DNA of 39,217 nt from Trichinella spiralis (Eukaryota). This document shows positions 24,369 to 36,842 of this stretch, piece by piece. Positions within the stretch are counted from its first letter, which is position 1. Each line of letters begins with the position of its first letter. The notes under the pieces were generated by a model, which saw only the letters and a program-made list of their open reading frames with translations, was not told the origin of the DNA and did not search any database. Made by a program: the position numbers and the translations under genes. The DNA is taken from contig NW_003526945.1 of NCBI RefSeq assembly GCF_000181795.1, positions 1,696,794 to 1,736,010 on the forward strand, in the 5' to 3' direction.

Positions 24369-24690
24369 CAGTGGCGTTTATGCAGGAAACATATAGGGGA
24401 GGGGTGAGTACAGGGACATAATCTGTTTGTGACCCTGAGATGAAACTCTAAACTTTAAGATCAATATAATTATTATGCTTATGATTTGAACAATACATTA
24501 CGTTTTTTGAACAAAAATTGTCGATAATATTGTCTGTAATGCTTATCATATTCAAATTCATTACTGGGCAATCGTTTAACGAACTGCCAAAAATATTGTC
24601 GAAACCTATGAACAACAGCTACTTAAGCAAAAAAGATTATTTGATGACCAATTGCGGCCCCCAAACCCCCCTCCTATGTCAACGCCATTG
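24369..24690. mobile_element. MITE-like non-autonomous DNA element with degenerate terminal inverted repeats
   Basis: Left end CAGTGGCGTT...CATATAGGGGAGGGGT; right end reverse complement CAATGGCGTTGACATAGGAGGGGGGTTT. GC-rich ends around an AT-rich non-coding interior; CAG-starting ends are typical of hAT elements. No 8-bp target duplication is visible. Confidence 0.4.
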
Positions 24691-25791
24691 AACCAACGTG
24701 TGAAATGAGGTTACCGTAATAACTGACTGCTCATTCTTCCCCTATTAGTCAACATTTCTGAGTGTTCATTGCATGTGGTAATGCCATTGATACCGCATCG
24801 TGCAATTTCTGCCTCTTTCCGCTTACTATTATAAACTGGCTGCGTATGTTTTTGTAACTACTTCATTCAGCTAGTATTTTCTGATTTGTAAGTCATCAGA
24901 ACAGAAATAGCACATCATTCAACTAGCATTTAAAATAATTATGTATAAAAGAGCCCAGTTATGTTGCAAATTTATTCAGGAAAATCCTAATCTCAGATTC
25001 ACTTCGTTTTGAATTTGCTTAGTTGCAGCTTTAGACTAGAGTTGAATTGGACAAGTCTTTGCTAAGCACAAGGCAAGAAATCAAACTAGTTAGAAGCTGT
25101 TGTCATATCCATATCAATAGGACAGAATCTGACTAGATGACAAGAATTCTGTTACAATATATTGCAAAATCTTATTATTTAATGCGTTTTCTAGTCAGCG
25201 TTGTAAAAAAGTAAAAATCAAATGATGTTTATTTCTAAGATATGATGAAAGAGACATTCACAATTTTTTGTGTGTAAATGTTGATATTTATCTATACTAC
25301 ATTATAATATATCAGAATTCGAGTAAAGCACATGTAGTGCTAACTTTCACAATTTAATGCTAGCTTGGCTTTTTGTATAATATAATCTCATAGGAATATT
25401 ATCAATGGTAGTGATATTTTGAAATACATCCAATGCTGTTTGATTTCGAATATTTTTCTATACTTTTAATAAGCTGCACATGTAATATACTAAAGTTTCA
25501 TATTTTAGTGAAAAATGACTGTAATTTAACTAAATGTAGCTTTTGACACTGAGATTAAATTGCTTGCATTATCATATTATTTAGCTATATCAGTTTAATT
25601 TAAACAATTAAATTTATATAATTAAGTTTAACATTTATGTTTACTTTAAAGTATCAAGTTTAAAATTTGTATATGCTATAAATTTAATCGTATTAGGTGA
25701 TATATTGCATTCATAGGTTTTGCTTGCAGTAAAATAATTGTCATTTTGCATTGTCGATCGTATTTGTTATAATTTTAAATTTTTTCTAGCT

Positions 25792-26118
25792 ATGCGAAAA
25801 AGTACTCACGCCATGAGTTTTTCTGAAGAAGAGGAGAGTAGTGGCAATGAACTAGACCGGGGTTGTAATTACGACGTTGCACAGAAGGCAACCATTTTTG
25901 TCGGAAACCTGAATGGTTGCATTATGCGAGCGGATTTGGCCAATCATTTCCAGCAGTTTGGCAAAATCGTTTCGATTGTGTTGCCGACGAATCATCCATT
26001 TTATGCCTTTATCCAGTTCAGCAAAGTGGAAGAAGCTGAAGCTGCCTTAAATCACGGACTGCGCCAAAGCGTACGCGGTTGTTATCTGCGTGTTGATAAA
26101 ATAAGAAAACTACATTAA
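25792..26118 (+). CDS. Single-RRM RNA-binding protein, 108 aa, intronless CDS
   Basis: RNP2 IFVGNL, RNP1 FYAFIQFS, FQQFGKIVSI, EEAEAAL and LRVD. The ATG lies 2 nt after a TTTTTCTAG acceptor. Acidic N-terminus SEEEESS. Confidence 0.85.
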   Translation: MRKSTHAMSFSEEEESSGNELDRGCNYDVAQKATIFVGNLNGCIMRADLANHFQQFGKIVSIVLPTNHPFYAFIQFSKVEEAEAALNHGLRQSVRGCYLRVDKIRKLH

Positions 26119-27263
26119 TTATGGAAAATTTGGTTATTGTTTCATGCAGAGTTATTCGGCTCATTTGTTTTGTAATTTAAATTATGTTTTTGAACAATAA
26201 CTGTGCTATCTATGGTAGACACTGAATAATTATTGATAACAAATGAAAATATTCATGTTTTGGATAATAAGAAGTTTTCAAAGTTCATTAATATTAAAAA
26301 TATATGAATAAAAATTGAATACACTAATTTTGACTTGATGTAAGACAAAAAAGATATGCAAAATCGTATTCAGAAAAGGAACATCTGCAACCCAGTTTGA
26401 TTATGTTACATTGTTCAACGTCAAGTATGATGTTACGCCGTTTTAAAAAAGAAATTGACTTTTTAAATAGAATTAAACAAATAAATGTTTATTTCTTGAA
26501 ATAAATAATTTATATAAATGAATGGAAAAATTTTTAGTGGAATATAAAAGGAAGAAATAAAAATAATGTTTGTTTTTTGATTAATTGTACTAAAAATGAG
26601 ATAATCAGTATTTTTTTCTGTTGAATATTTAATTTATATATAAAATTGGCAATAATTTTTGTCGAATTCAAAGTTGGATTAGATTTTTCGGGTTGAAGTG
26701 GTTCGTTTCAAAAATGGCATAAAGTGGGGAGCCAAGGAAGACACAAGGAAGTAGAGCGGCGGTTCACTAATTGAGGCAACGAAGCGAAACGGGAAACGCT
26801 TTTCCACAAATAATGGTCCGGCGGAAGATTGAAAGATGGCAAACAGAATCACTTCCAACGCCGCAGCTAATTAACTTGAAGAACACTTGAAAATTTGTTC
26901 AACTGAATCGATGTGGTTGCTGTATTGAAGAAAGCATAGCCGACTTTGGCATCCAATCGAAACACTGTCACCCCACCTGCAGATGACGCCTAATCCTCTG
27001 ACCAAGCTTCAAATTGCTACTGTTGATGCTTTTGTTATTTTTGCTGTTGTTGCTATTGCTGCTGCTGCTGATGATGATGATGTTGATAAAATGGTAGATA
27101 ATAATATATATGTATATGAGTCACTCATTATTCATTCAAAGCGATCATTATTAACGACGGCCGTAGCACAGCAGCGATTCTACATTGTTGCTATTCTTAC
27201 TACTACTTTTGCTTTTTCTTTTTCAATTTAATAAAATATTACAATTTTATTCTTTATTGTTAT

Positions 27264-28112
27264 ATGGAAAATTTTGCAACATTTGCAAGACCAGCATGTG
27301 CCTACGCTGCTTCCAATCAAACAATTTCATCATATGAAGACAATAATATTTGCAGCCAACCATTTACAACAGAAACTTATAACGGTATTTTTATTGTATA
27401 TGAGTTTTCAATATCAATTTGTCTATTTATATAATTCTATTTCCTTATTATATGTTACTTAGATTTTATACATGAAGTCAATTTAAACAATACCTGCAAA
27501 ACAAATGAAGTACAAATTTCCGGATGGGTCAATTGTGACGAACGGAATACGGCCAATTTGCGAGAGCGTAAACGTATGTCCAACATAAACATGGCATTTG
27601 AAGTAATTTTGCATTTTATTTGTTTACTTATTAATTTATTCATTATTTTTACATTTTTCACACAAAATGTTAAATCAAAACTTAAGATTCAATATGGAAT
27701 GAAATTTTTGAGAGAGAAATGCTACTTGTTTATTTAAAACAAGTCGACAATCATTGGAAAATTATCTTTGCATGCAATTATTGAATTTATCAACAAGCAG
27801 CTGATGAACAGATTTAGATAGCTAAAGAAATTTCACAAAATTTACACATCGTTTTCAAACAATAATTTACACCAAAAAAACAATATTGATTTCTATTCAT
27901 TTAGAAGTTGCGTTGTTGCGTTCCGCAGTTTCCTTTTGAAAAGCGGCTCTCCAAAATTGACATACTTTGGTTGGCAATTGCTTACATGGGATTTTTGGAC
28001 GCTTTACTGACAATTGACACGAATGTTGATGAATTTATTCGAAATCTGGGCGTCCTGCATCATGCAAAACGAACATCCCAACCTTCTTGGTTGACAAGCG
28101 GTAAATGGATAT

Positions 28113-28186
<74 letters not shown>

Positions 28187-28281
28187 GCCTATTTTTGTTT
28201 TCAGATTTCTTAGCCAGAATATCTTGGGTAAATTGGGAAAAACTGGGCTTAAAATGTCCATTACTTCAAGAAGAGCACTAG
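27264..28281 (+). CDS. hlh-13: bHLH transcription factor, Fer2 (48-related-2)/HLH-13 type, about 177 aa
   Basis: Exons 27264-27384, 27463-27602, 27905-28100, 28205-28281. [49 protein letters not shown] plus the Fer2-type tail WLTSDFLARISWVNWEKLG. Confidence 0.88.
28114..28186. repeat. Compound (TAAA)n-(TA)n microsatellite filling most of the last hlh-13 intron
   Basis: Directly visible tandem TAAA units followed by TA units. Confidence 0.95.
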
Positions 28282-28624
28282 TCAACAATAATAATTCAGC
28301 ATTCAGTGATATAGTTTTGTATTGCTTTATAGATACACTTGTAAGTTTTGATTCAAAGTTTTCCAAGAAAACACATCGTTAAGATAATAATTTTAATTAA
28401 AGTAATTTCACAGCTTGCATTGATTTGTCTCCACTTTAAAAAATTCATCTCTCATAAGAACGTCTACTAATATGATGAAAAAACAATGCATAATATACTC
28501 CTCCAAAATTTATTAAAAAGAAAAATATGTATAGGACTGATTTTTATATATAATATTAAAACAAAAAATATTTTTCAACAATGCAATAAACGAAATAAAA
28601 TCAACCGTTTGCTGATTAGATAAA

Positions 28625-29010
28625 TTATGAGTGAGTACGAAAATATTCAGCTAAAATTTCTTCTCTCTCATCAGCAGGTGGTAAAGTAGGCTGTATACCT
28701 TTGCTACGACGTTCTTGAATAACTTTTTTCTAAAATAAAAATAAACATTAACTAATAAACATAAAATTTTGTCATTAATACCCAGAATTCACGACAACGA
28801 TTGTAATTCAGAAATTGAAGTTGACACAAACGTTTATATCCTTTGGCCATTTCGAGACACTTCATTGAAATCATCGCCTCCTGGAAAAGTGAAAAATGTA
28901 AGCTGAAACAACTACACAACTTTTTTTCACAATTTCACTTCGTGGCATGGATCATCAACCGAATGATCTCTTTTGTTTCTTCTAGCAATTATCTCTTTCA
29001 CTTTGTCCAT
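28625..29010 (-). CDS. CHCHD7: Twin CX9C mitochondrial intermembrane-space protein, CHCHD7/COX23, 91 aa
   Basis: Not in the ORF track. Exons 29010-28939, 28880-28782, 28729-28625 give MDKVKEIIARRNKRDHSVDDPCHEEAMISMKCLEMAKGYKRLCQLQFLNYNRCREFWKKVIQERRSKGIQPTLPPADEREEILAEYFRTHS*, with two exact CX9C motifs and the CRxFW...RRxxGxxPxxPxxxERxEIL tail. Confidence 0.9.
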
Positions 29011-29372
29011 AGGTATATTCGCCCTTAATCAAACTGCTTTAATTCTTAAAGAAATCAATCAGTATAAAAAAATATCAACACTAATGAAGCACAAATATTC
29101 TCAAAATTGAACAATTTTTATGCACAGTATTGTAAAACAGAATTTCAGGTAAATATTACAGTAAATAATTTTTGATCTAGGTTTTTTCCCATCATCAGTA
29201 AAAATTATTTCATAATTGCTTAAATACCAAATACGAGTGTATAAATAAAATATATCAATAATAGGTGGGCCGTATATTTTAGATTAATATTTCATAATAA
29301 CAAAGGTGGGAGCTCATTTATTCTTTGATCTTGCATATCAATTACTACTGTACGTAATGCAGAAGAAAAGAA

Positions 29373-29837
29373 ATGTCCTCTACTTTACACTGGTGACCGG
29401 TGAGTGATCGTAAGCGAAAGTTGGAGAATAGAGCCGATGAAGAGGATCGTGTAGTTTATTTCAAATGACTTGCTGGACGTCTTCCACTGGCAAGAAATGA
29501 TCAACAACTAATATATTGCTACTACATTGTAAGCCGGTGGAAGGCTATTTATAAAGAGACGTTTTGAAAACCTTTATGATAGAAAACAAAACATATTCTT
29601 TATACTGGTGGCCAGTGACTTATCCATCGTAAGCAGAAAGCCGAAAATATCCACGATAAAAATGATTCCGTAATCTTTTTCAAAGGCCTTGCCAACCGTC
29701 TGTCGATGGCAAGAAGAGAAAAGGAGATGAAACACTACTTCCACGTGGTCAGCCGGTGGAAGGCAGTGTTTAATGAGGCAACTGTTGAGTTTGTTCTCGG
29801 CGAATTAAAAGTGAGGCGAGGCATCCGATGCAGATGA
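29373..29837 (+). repeat. Two diverged tandem copies (period about 215 nt) of a decayed protein-coding unit
   Basis: Copies start near 29383 (CTTTACACTGGTGACC) and 29598 (CTTTATACTGGTGGCC) and share ATCGTAAGC, TGGCAAGAA and AGCCGGTGGAAGGC. The translations align without gaps over about 50 aa. Confidence 0.7.
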
Positions 29838-31608
29838 ACGAGATGTTTTCCGTTACAAAGGGGCAGTGTTCGAACGGCCGTGCAAATCTAGCGGGAACGT
29901 GAAAAGGCGTTCACTTATTGCAGCACCACGTCCCATTTACTTATAATCACATTTTGTATACTTATCGGTTATTATTTTCAGTATTTCATTATATATTGCA
30001 TTTCATTTACATTTCTGTATGATGTGGACATAATGTAATATGGTTCACTTTGTTTGTTGTTGCAAAATAATTGTTAAGTATATATTTGCCTACTGCTGAA
30101 GCTAGTTGCAAGGTTGATATACGAAAAATATTGTTTGCTGATCAAGGTAAATCTGAAGAAATACAATTAGAAAAGCAATTTATCACTTCAAATAATAATA
30201 TTCAGCAATCTGTAAAATATGAAACTATTAGGCATTTTAAAAGCATTGTTTTTAAAAGCGCTTTTACCTTATAAGTAAGTAAACAAAAGTCGGAAAAAAA
30301 TTTTAAATTCAAAGTAAAATATTACAACAAAACTAATGTAAAATGCCACTACAATTTGAACCATATCGGGTATTAATTAATGAAGCCAAAGATCAAGCTT
30401 TGGTAAACAACGCTTAAATTCTGATGATCATCTTCTAATCACATATTAAAGTTGAATAGTTAATCAAATCGCATAATTTATTCGCCAACAATCGTTCAAC
30501 AGAAAACAGCTTATCAGTGACCAGCAATAGCAAAAAAGAGAACAAAGAAGGAATAGGCCGATTAAGCGATTGCGTTAGCGGTCTCCAAGCCTCTGTGCAA
30601 AGATTGAAACCAATTGCCTGCTGTTTTAACGTTAGTGTGATATTTCCAAGCCTGCAGCCACGTCTGCATTCGATTAGCCACCAAACCTCGCGGCCTTTCT
30701 CCTGCATACTCCATCTTCACCACCTAATTCGGTTAACCAAGACCATCTCGGTGAACATCCAGGGCCACGACACATCGATAGCTATTGACCGCGCCAAACC
30801 TGCGTTTTTTCTTGATTATGATTTACATGGCACATCCTTACCCAACCATGCACGTACAGCATTTTTGCTCAACAATGTATTAATGTTATGGACCACCTTT
30901 TTGTCCCTTCTGTATCTGTTCGCTTTTGAGAGAGGGTGTTGTAAAAATATCATTTATTGTTTGATTTTGCAAATCAATTATTACAGCAAGTATTGTAACA
31001 GGAAATAAATATATTCTGTACTCTGCACTGCAATTTAAAATTTCTATGAAAAAACTGTTTTTCTTACACTAGATGTTAATTTTCTGGAAAAGATCATAAA
31101 AATACTGACTGGAATAGACTATTTATTTCATTAAATACTACTTTATAGCAATTTGAAATGATAGTTCTTAGAAGCGTGCAAAGCAGCAAAAATTTTTTTA
31201 TGAATTCAGAATAAGTATTAAGAAATTTCTCAGAGTAATAAATTTCCTGATAATTTTTCAAACTGTTATTTAACTTGGAGGTTACAATTCTTTTTGTGCT
31301 ATTTGATGTCTTGTTTTAAATCGTAGTTTTTCAAATGTCGAGTTTATTATTGTTTTTATTATTATTAGATTTATAAAACTTTATCTGAACAATAAAATTT
31401 ATAAAAATTTAATTAGAATGGAAAATTTTATTCAATCTTCAATTAATATGCTTTTAAGATATTTTTGTTACTTGCATGCATTGTTTTCTACTGTAACAGT
31501 AGTATTGTTTTTTTTGTATCAGTGGTTGGCGACAGATTTTTTTTCCTTTCTTTAGAAACTTATCATATTTATAGATTTCAGTTTCTGAAGCTATTCGAAC
31601 CGTTGAAA

Positions 31609-34600
31609 ATGATGAAAAAGTGGTTGTTTCTGTTCTTTTTCTACTGCTGCTTGCTTACGGCAAAAAAGGGTTTCTACATTCCCGGTGTATTACCTGTCGA
31701 ATTTCACGTCGGTTCATCGGTTGAAGTCAAAGTAATATTGCTATTTTGTAGATTACTAGTCATAATTTTGTTGTTTTTTTTCAGGCGGTGAAGTTAACTA
31801 GCATTCGGACCCAAATGCCGTATGACTACTACTATTTGCCATTCTGCCTACCCGATGGTGAACTGCAGTATAAATCTGAAAATTTGGGTAGGATGATTAA
31901 AAGCTTTAAGATTTCAACGATTAAAAAATTTTTTTTCAAATTAATTATTTAGGCGAAATTCTTCGTGGTGATCGAATTGTGAACACTCCTTTTGCGTTGA
32001 ATATGGACATTCCAGTGAAATGTGCTTTGCTGTGTGCGAAGAATAATGTGAAAACGAAATTAAGTGCCGCTGAATCTGACCTTTTAATTGAAAAAATTCG
32101 AAACGAATATCGTGTGCATCTGTAAATCCTTTATTTAATTCATGTTTTTTATTTTGATTAGCGGCTATTTGCTATTTGTTTAAAGCGTTAATTGATGTTG
32201 ATCTTTAGTCTCATTGACAATTTGCCTGGTACTACGAAAACTCAGTTGGAGAATGGACGAGATGCTTACATGCATGGTTATGCTCTTGGTTTCGTCGATG
32301 AAAATAAAGCAAACTATTCTATTTCATTTTAATTTACTTATAGTTAAAGGTATGCTTTCAGGTGTTCTTGAACAATCACGTGCATTTTATTATATATATC
32401 AATGAAGTTAGGTAAAGTTTCAACTTTTTCATTTATGTAAGTGGTGCATTCAACTTGAATTTTTTAGCACGGAAACATATCGCATTGTTGGTTTTGAAAT
32501 TCAAGCTAGAAGGTAAAAGGAAACAATATGAATAGCATTTCCGATTTTTTCCACTAATTTTTATGGGAAATTTTAGTATCAGTTCCATGCAGTACGTACC
32601 CGACAGTGGAAAATTGTGTTCGTGGAATTCCGAATCTGAAGCTCAGCCTTTAAAGCCTGGTTTATTTATTTATTTCTTCTTTTTTTCTTATTTTTAAATC
32701 TTTTTAAATATTTAATGTTTTTTTGAATGTTTTGAATGTTTTTTTTGTTTTTCTACAGGTGTGGTGAATGAAATTTACTGGTCTTACAGTGCAGAATGGC
32801 GACTGAGTCCAATTCGTTGGGCCAGTCGTTGGGATAGTTATTTGTCAATGCGTAGCAATCAAATTCATTGGCTCAGTATTGTGAATTCTATTGTGATTGT
32901 TGTTTTCTTGGCTGGTTTGTATAAAAAATATTTGGACATTTATTCCGTGTTCATTTATTTCTGTTTAGGATTTCTTGGTTTGATCATCATGCGAACTGTT
33001 CGTCGTGACATTGCATATTATAACAGATTGGATGAATCATTGGTATGTTTGTATTTTTAAAATGAGTTGTTATTTTAATGTTGCTTTCTTAAGGATGATA
33101 CAATGGAAGAATCTGGATGGAAATTAGTTCATGGTGATATATTTCGACCTCCCCGGCGTGCGACTCTTTTGGTTTGTGTCCTTGGAACTGGAATTCAACT
33201 TTTGGGAATGGCTTTAGTTACACTGGGTAAGCAAAGATTTGCTTGAAGAAGACTTTTCAACTTGTTGTTTTTAGCTTTTGCCATGGTCGGCATGCTGTCT
33301 CCTTCAAGTCGTGGTGCGCTTATGTCCGTCGCTTTGTTTTTATATTGTTTTATGGGGTATACATATATATAATTATTGCTTCATTTGTTGAAAAATAATA
33401 AATAAATAAATAAATATATATATTTATTTTTTTAGTCTTTTTGCTGGCTATTTTGCTGGACGAATGTATAAAACACTTCGACTTTCAAATTGGAAATCAG
33501 CATCGTTAAAAGTACTGCGTTCAGTTTATGTTATGCCTTTATTTACTATCTAATTATTTTAATTGCAGTATTTCATTTTAATTGCAAGTTGTTTTGTTAT
33601 TTCTTCACTGTGATTATTAGATATTGATTACGAATGAGAATGGTTATTCGTGTTAATGACAAGATAATTTGTATGTAGTATAATATAACATTTTTATATT
33701 TAAATAGGTACAAAGCAAAGATGACTTTATGCTTGACTTTTATGACTGAGTTGTTTGTAATGCATATTTTTTTTTGAAATATGCACATTGTTGGTAATGT
33801 CTTCCTGATAGGAAATGATTGCATAAAATGGCTTATATATTTCAATGGCTGAAATTAATCAGTAGTTCAAAATGTTGATGAATAGTTTTCTTCAGATAAA
33901 AATCTGACTGAAGCTCAAATTGTAAATAATTGGTATGATTTTCTTTTTACAGACTGCTTGTTTATTTCCAACATTCTTATTTGTGGTCGGATTGATTCTG
34001 AATATTCTGGTTTGGGAAAACAAATCTTCTGGTACTGTACCATTTTCCTCGATTATGTCACTCTTGAGCATGTTCTTCTGCATTGATATTCCTTTGGTTA
34101 TGATTGGCTTCAGATTCGGCTTTCGTAAAAAGGTATATATAGAGTGCGTATTTAATGGTTGACCATGTTGTTTTTGTTTGAAGCCTTACCATCATCCAGT
34201 TCGAACAAATCAGATTCCAAGACAGGTTCCTGAACAGCCATTTTATTCAAACATTGTCATCAGGTAAAGATTAATTTTTATTTGGAATCGGATATATGAA
34301 GAAATAATTTGCTTCTATTTTTCCAGTATTCTGTTTTCCGGTATTCTTCCTTTCTTGGCCATGTTTTTGGAACTGTTTTTCATTTTTACGGTATGTTTTG
34401 CTACATTTATTTATTTTTTTTTGCAATTCTTCTATATCATTATATTTTAGGCGATGTGGCAAAATCAGTTTTACTACTTATTTGGCTTCCTGTTTATTGT
34501 TTTCATTATTCTGATCATTTCTACCGCCTTGATGTCCATACTGATAATTTACTTTTTGCTTGCTGTTGAAGTAATTGAACAATTTCATTTCAAATATATG

Positions 34601-34930
34601 TATGATAAAAGTTCAATATTTTATTTTAGAATTATCATTGGTGGTGGCGTTCATTCTTCGTTGGCGGTAGTTCTGCCTTTTATGTCTTCGCTTACTCCAT
34701 TTACTACGCAGCTACTAAGGTAGATGATTCTCATTTTGCTTTACACTTATTCGACTTTTATAAATGCTTAAACATTGCAGTTGGAAATTGTTGGTGTAAC
34801 ACCGAAATTGCTGTACTTTGGTTATACTATACTGATCTCAGTCACATTTTGGATTCTCACCGGTACAGTTGGCTTCTACGCGTCGTACTTTTTTGTGCGA
34901 AAAATATACAGTTCGGTTAAAATTGACTAA
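31609..34930 (+). CDS. TM9SF4: Transmembrane 9 superfamily member (nonaspanin), TM9SF4-type
   Basis: Many short exons: signal peptide then [110 protein letters not shown]; ends KIYSSVKID* with the KxD Golgi-retention motif. Confidence 0.95.
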
Positions 34931-36842
34931 AAAACCAATCATTCATCAGATATATTATTATTATTGAATTTATTAAGTTCTTGCTTAGCTTATACAATTA
35001 TTTTAGTTCCCTTTCTGCGTTTATCACCCTATGTGACACATGTATCCTTCTAGGGAAATTCAAATAAAAATTACCCATATTAATATAATGGAAAATTTGA
35101 AATTATCTTCAAATTTTATAGTTTAGTTTCAGTTTTCTCAATCTTATCAAATATTTGAGATGACCTACAGGTTCTTCACATTCTCACGTTGGTCCAAGAT
35201 TTCGATTGGTTTTATTCTTTGATTAGTTAAAATATTTTCCCATATGATGCGTTATGATCTAATGATCTTCATTGGCATACAAAACTCCATATTTTATTAG
35301 CTAATATTGTCTAACTGTGAAAAGTTGAGCCATCTGATATTTCATTTGTAAAACTTTGCTTCGCTTTCATCATTTCCAATATTATGCTGCACATTTATTG
35401 AACATTCATATAAATATTCATTGAATATATATGTTTCATTTCTTTTTATTTCAGCATCATTAAAATCCCATTTTCAGTTTCACTTTCCGGGTACATCTCC
35501 AGAAATAGCCAACACGGATTTCAACCAATGAAATGAAAAAATATTACAGCTAATCACAAGGGAAAGATTTCAGTCAATGAGCAATTAGACAAGGAAAACC
35601 AATACGACAAAGATTTGACGGTCTAATAAAATAGAGTGGTCAAAGACCAATAAGTGAACAGTGGGACCGAGTAAGAACACCCCATTTTTTGGAGAAAAAT
35701 ATTTTTCTCTTAAATGTAGAAATTTCGTATTTTATAAATTTGAAAATTTTGTGAAATGGCAAAAACGTTCTATCAGAATTTCTACATTGTTTGATTGTGC
35801 GTAATTCACATTGGTAAATGATAGTGTTACGCAGAGTTTCATCGGAAACTGCCCAATAGTTGTGGAAGAAATAGGCTCTAAAATTGCCCATTTCCTATCT
35901 TAATAAACGGGGAAGTTGCTTGTCATCTGCTGTCTTTCAATGGAATCAGAGACGGCCAATTTATGCACATGAAACATTTTTGACATCAAATTTGTTGAAT
36001 TTCTACTAATGTGTCTTTTTTTAACGATATTAATTTAGAATAAATTAACAATTTAAGAAAAACTAATGCGTCTATAGTTAGTATTTATTCTAATTTTTCG
36101 ACATATCTCTACATAGGGTAAGTACGACAAGAAGCGTGATTCTGGGGAAGTAAAATGTATTAATGAATTGTTTCTTCATATATGGAAACAATATTGTACA
36201 GTTATTAATTGAAGATACTAAGAATTATTCTCAATTGATTATTTAATAAGATATTTGACAGAATTGATTGTTTGGAAACGTATCATTGATTGAGAGAAAT
36301 AATGCAATATTAGATGAAAAGTGTAATTCATTGTGTTCATTTCAATTAATTCTTATTTTTATATCGTTTGCAATCAATAAAATTGCCTAATTAAAATTTT
36401 TTTAATTTAAAGGTTTCTGTATTACAAAAATGAATCTCAGGTACAAATGTTATTGGAATCAGTAACATTTCCTGAGGGTATACGCTGAAGTTTTTGCATA
36501 AATATTGCTAAAATTGTATTGTATTTTATATTATTAAGATTTCATGTTTCATTTCCTTTTCTGTTATTCCCACTAAAATCGCAAAATAGTGCAACTTTTT
36601 TCACAATATCTCGGCAAATACGCATTTATAAATCGTGCGACCAGGTTTGTAGTGATTATCTTATTTTTTCTGATCGATTGAAATCATTTTCGCAAAAACT
36701 TAAAATTTTCGACTTTGAAAAAAGCAAGGCTATAGCCTTTGCTGTTTTTGCAATTTTCGAAAGTGGGCTTTTTTCACAAATTTTTGCTCTTTTTTGATAT
36801 ATATTGCTAAATGTGACAAATTAATAGTTTCTGGAAGGTTCC

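Noticed and set aside
26983..27231. 82-aa ORF upstream of hlh-13
   Set aside because: Built from GCT/GAT/GTT trinucleotide repeats.
30435..31008. GC-richer island with 163-aa (+) and 90-aa (-) ORFs; WWLIECRRGCR faintly like a FLYWCH/MULE finger
   Set aside because: No complete motif or termini. Possibly an old transposon scrap, but it cannot be assigned.
35640..36120. Minus-strand fragments (RDMSKN; NFRAYF...VSDETL) faintly like piggyBac transposase
   Set aside because: Too few matching residues, and no TTAA-bounded TIRs identified.
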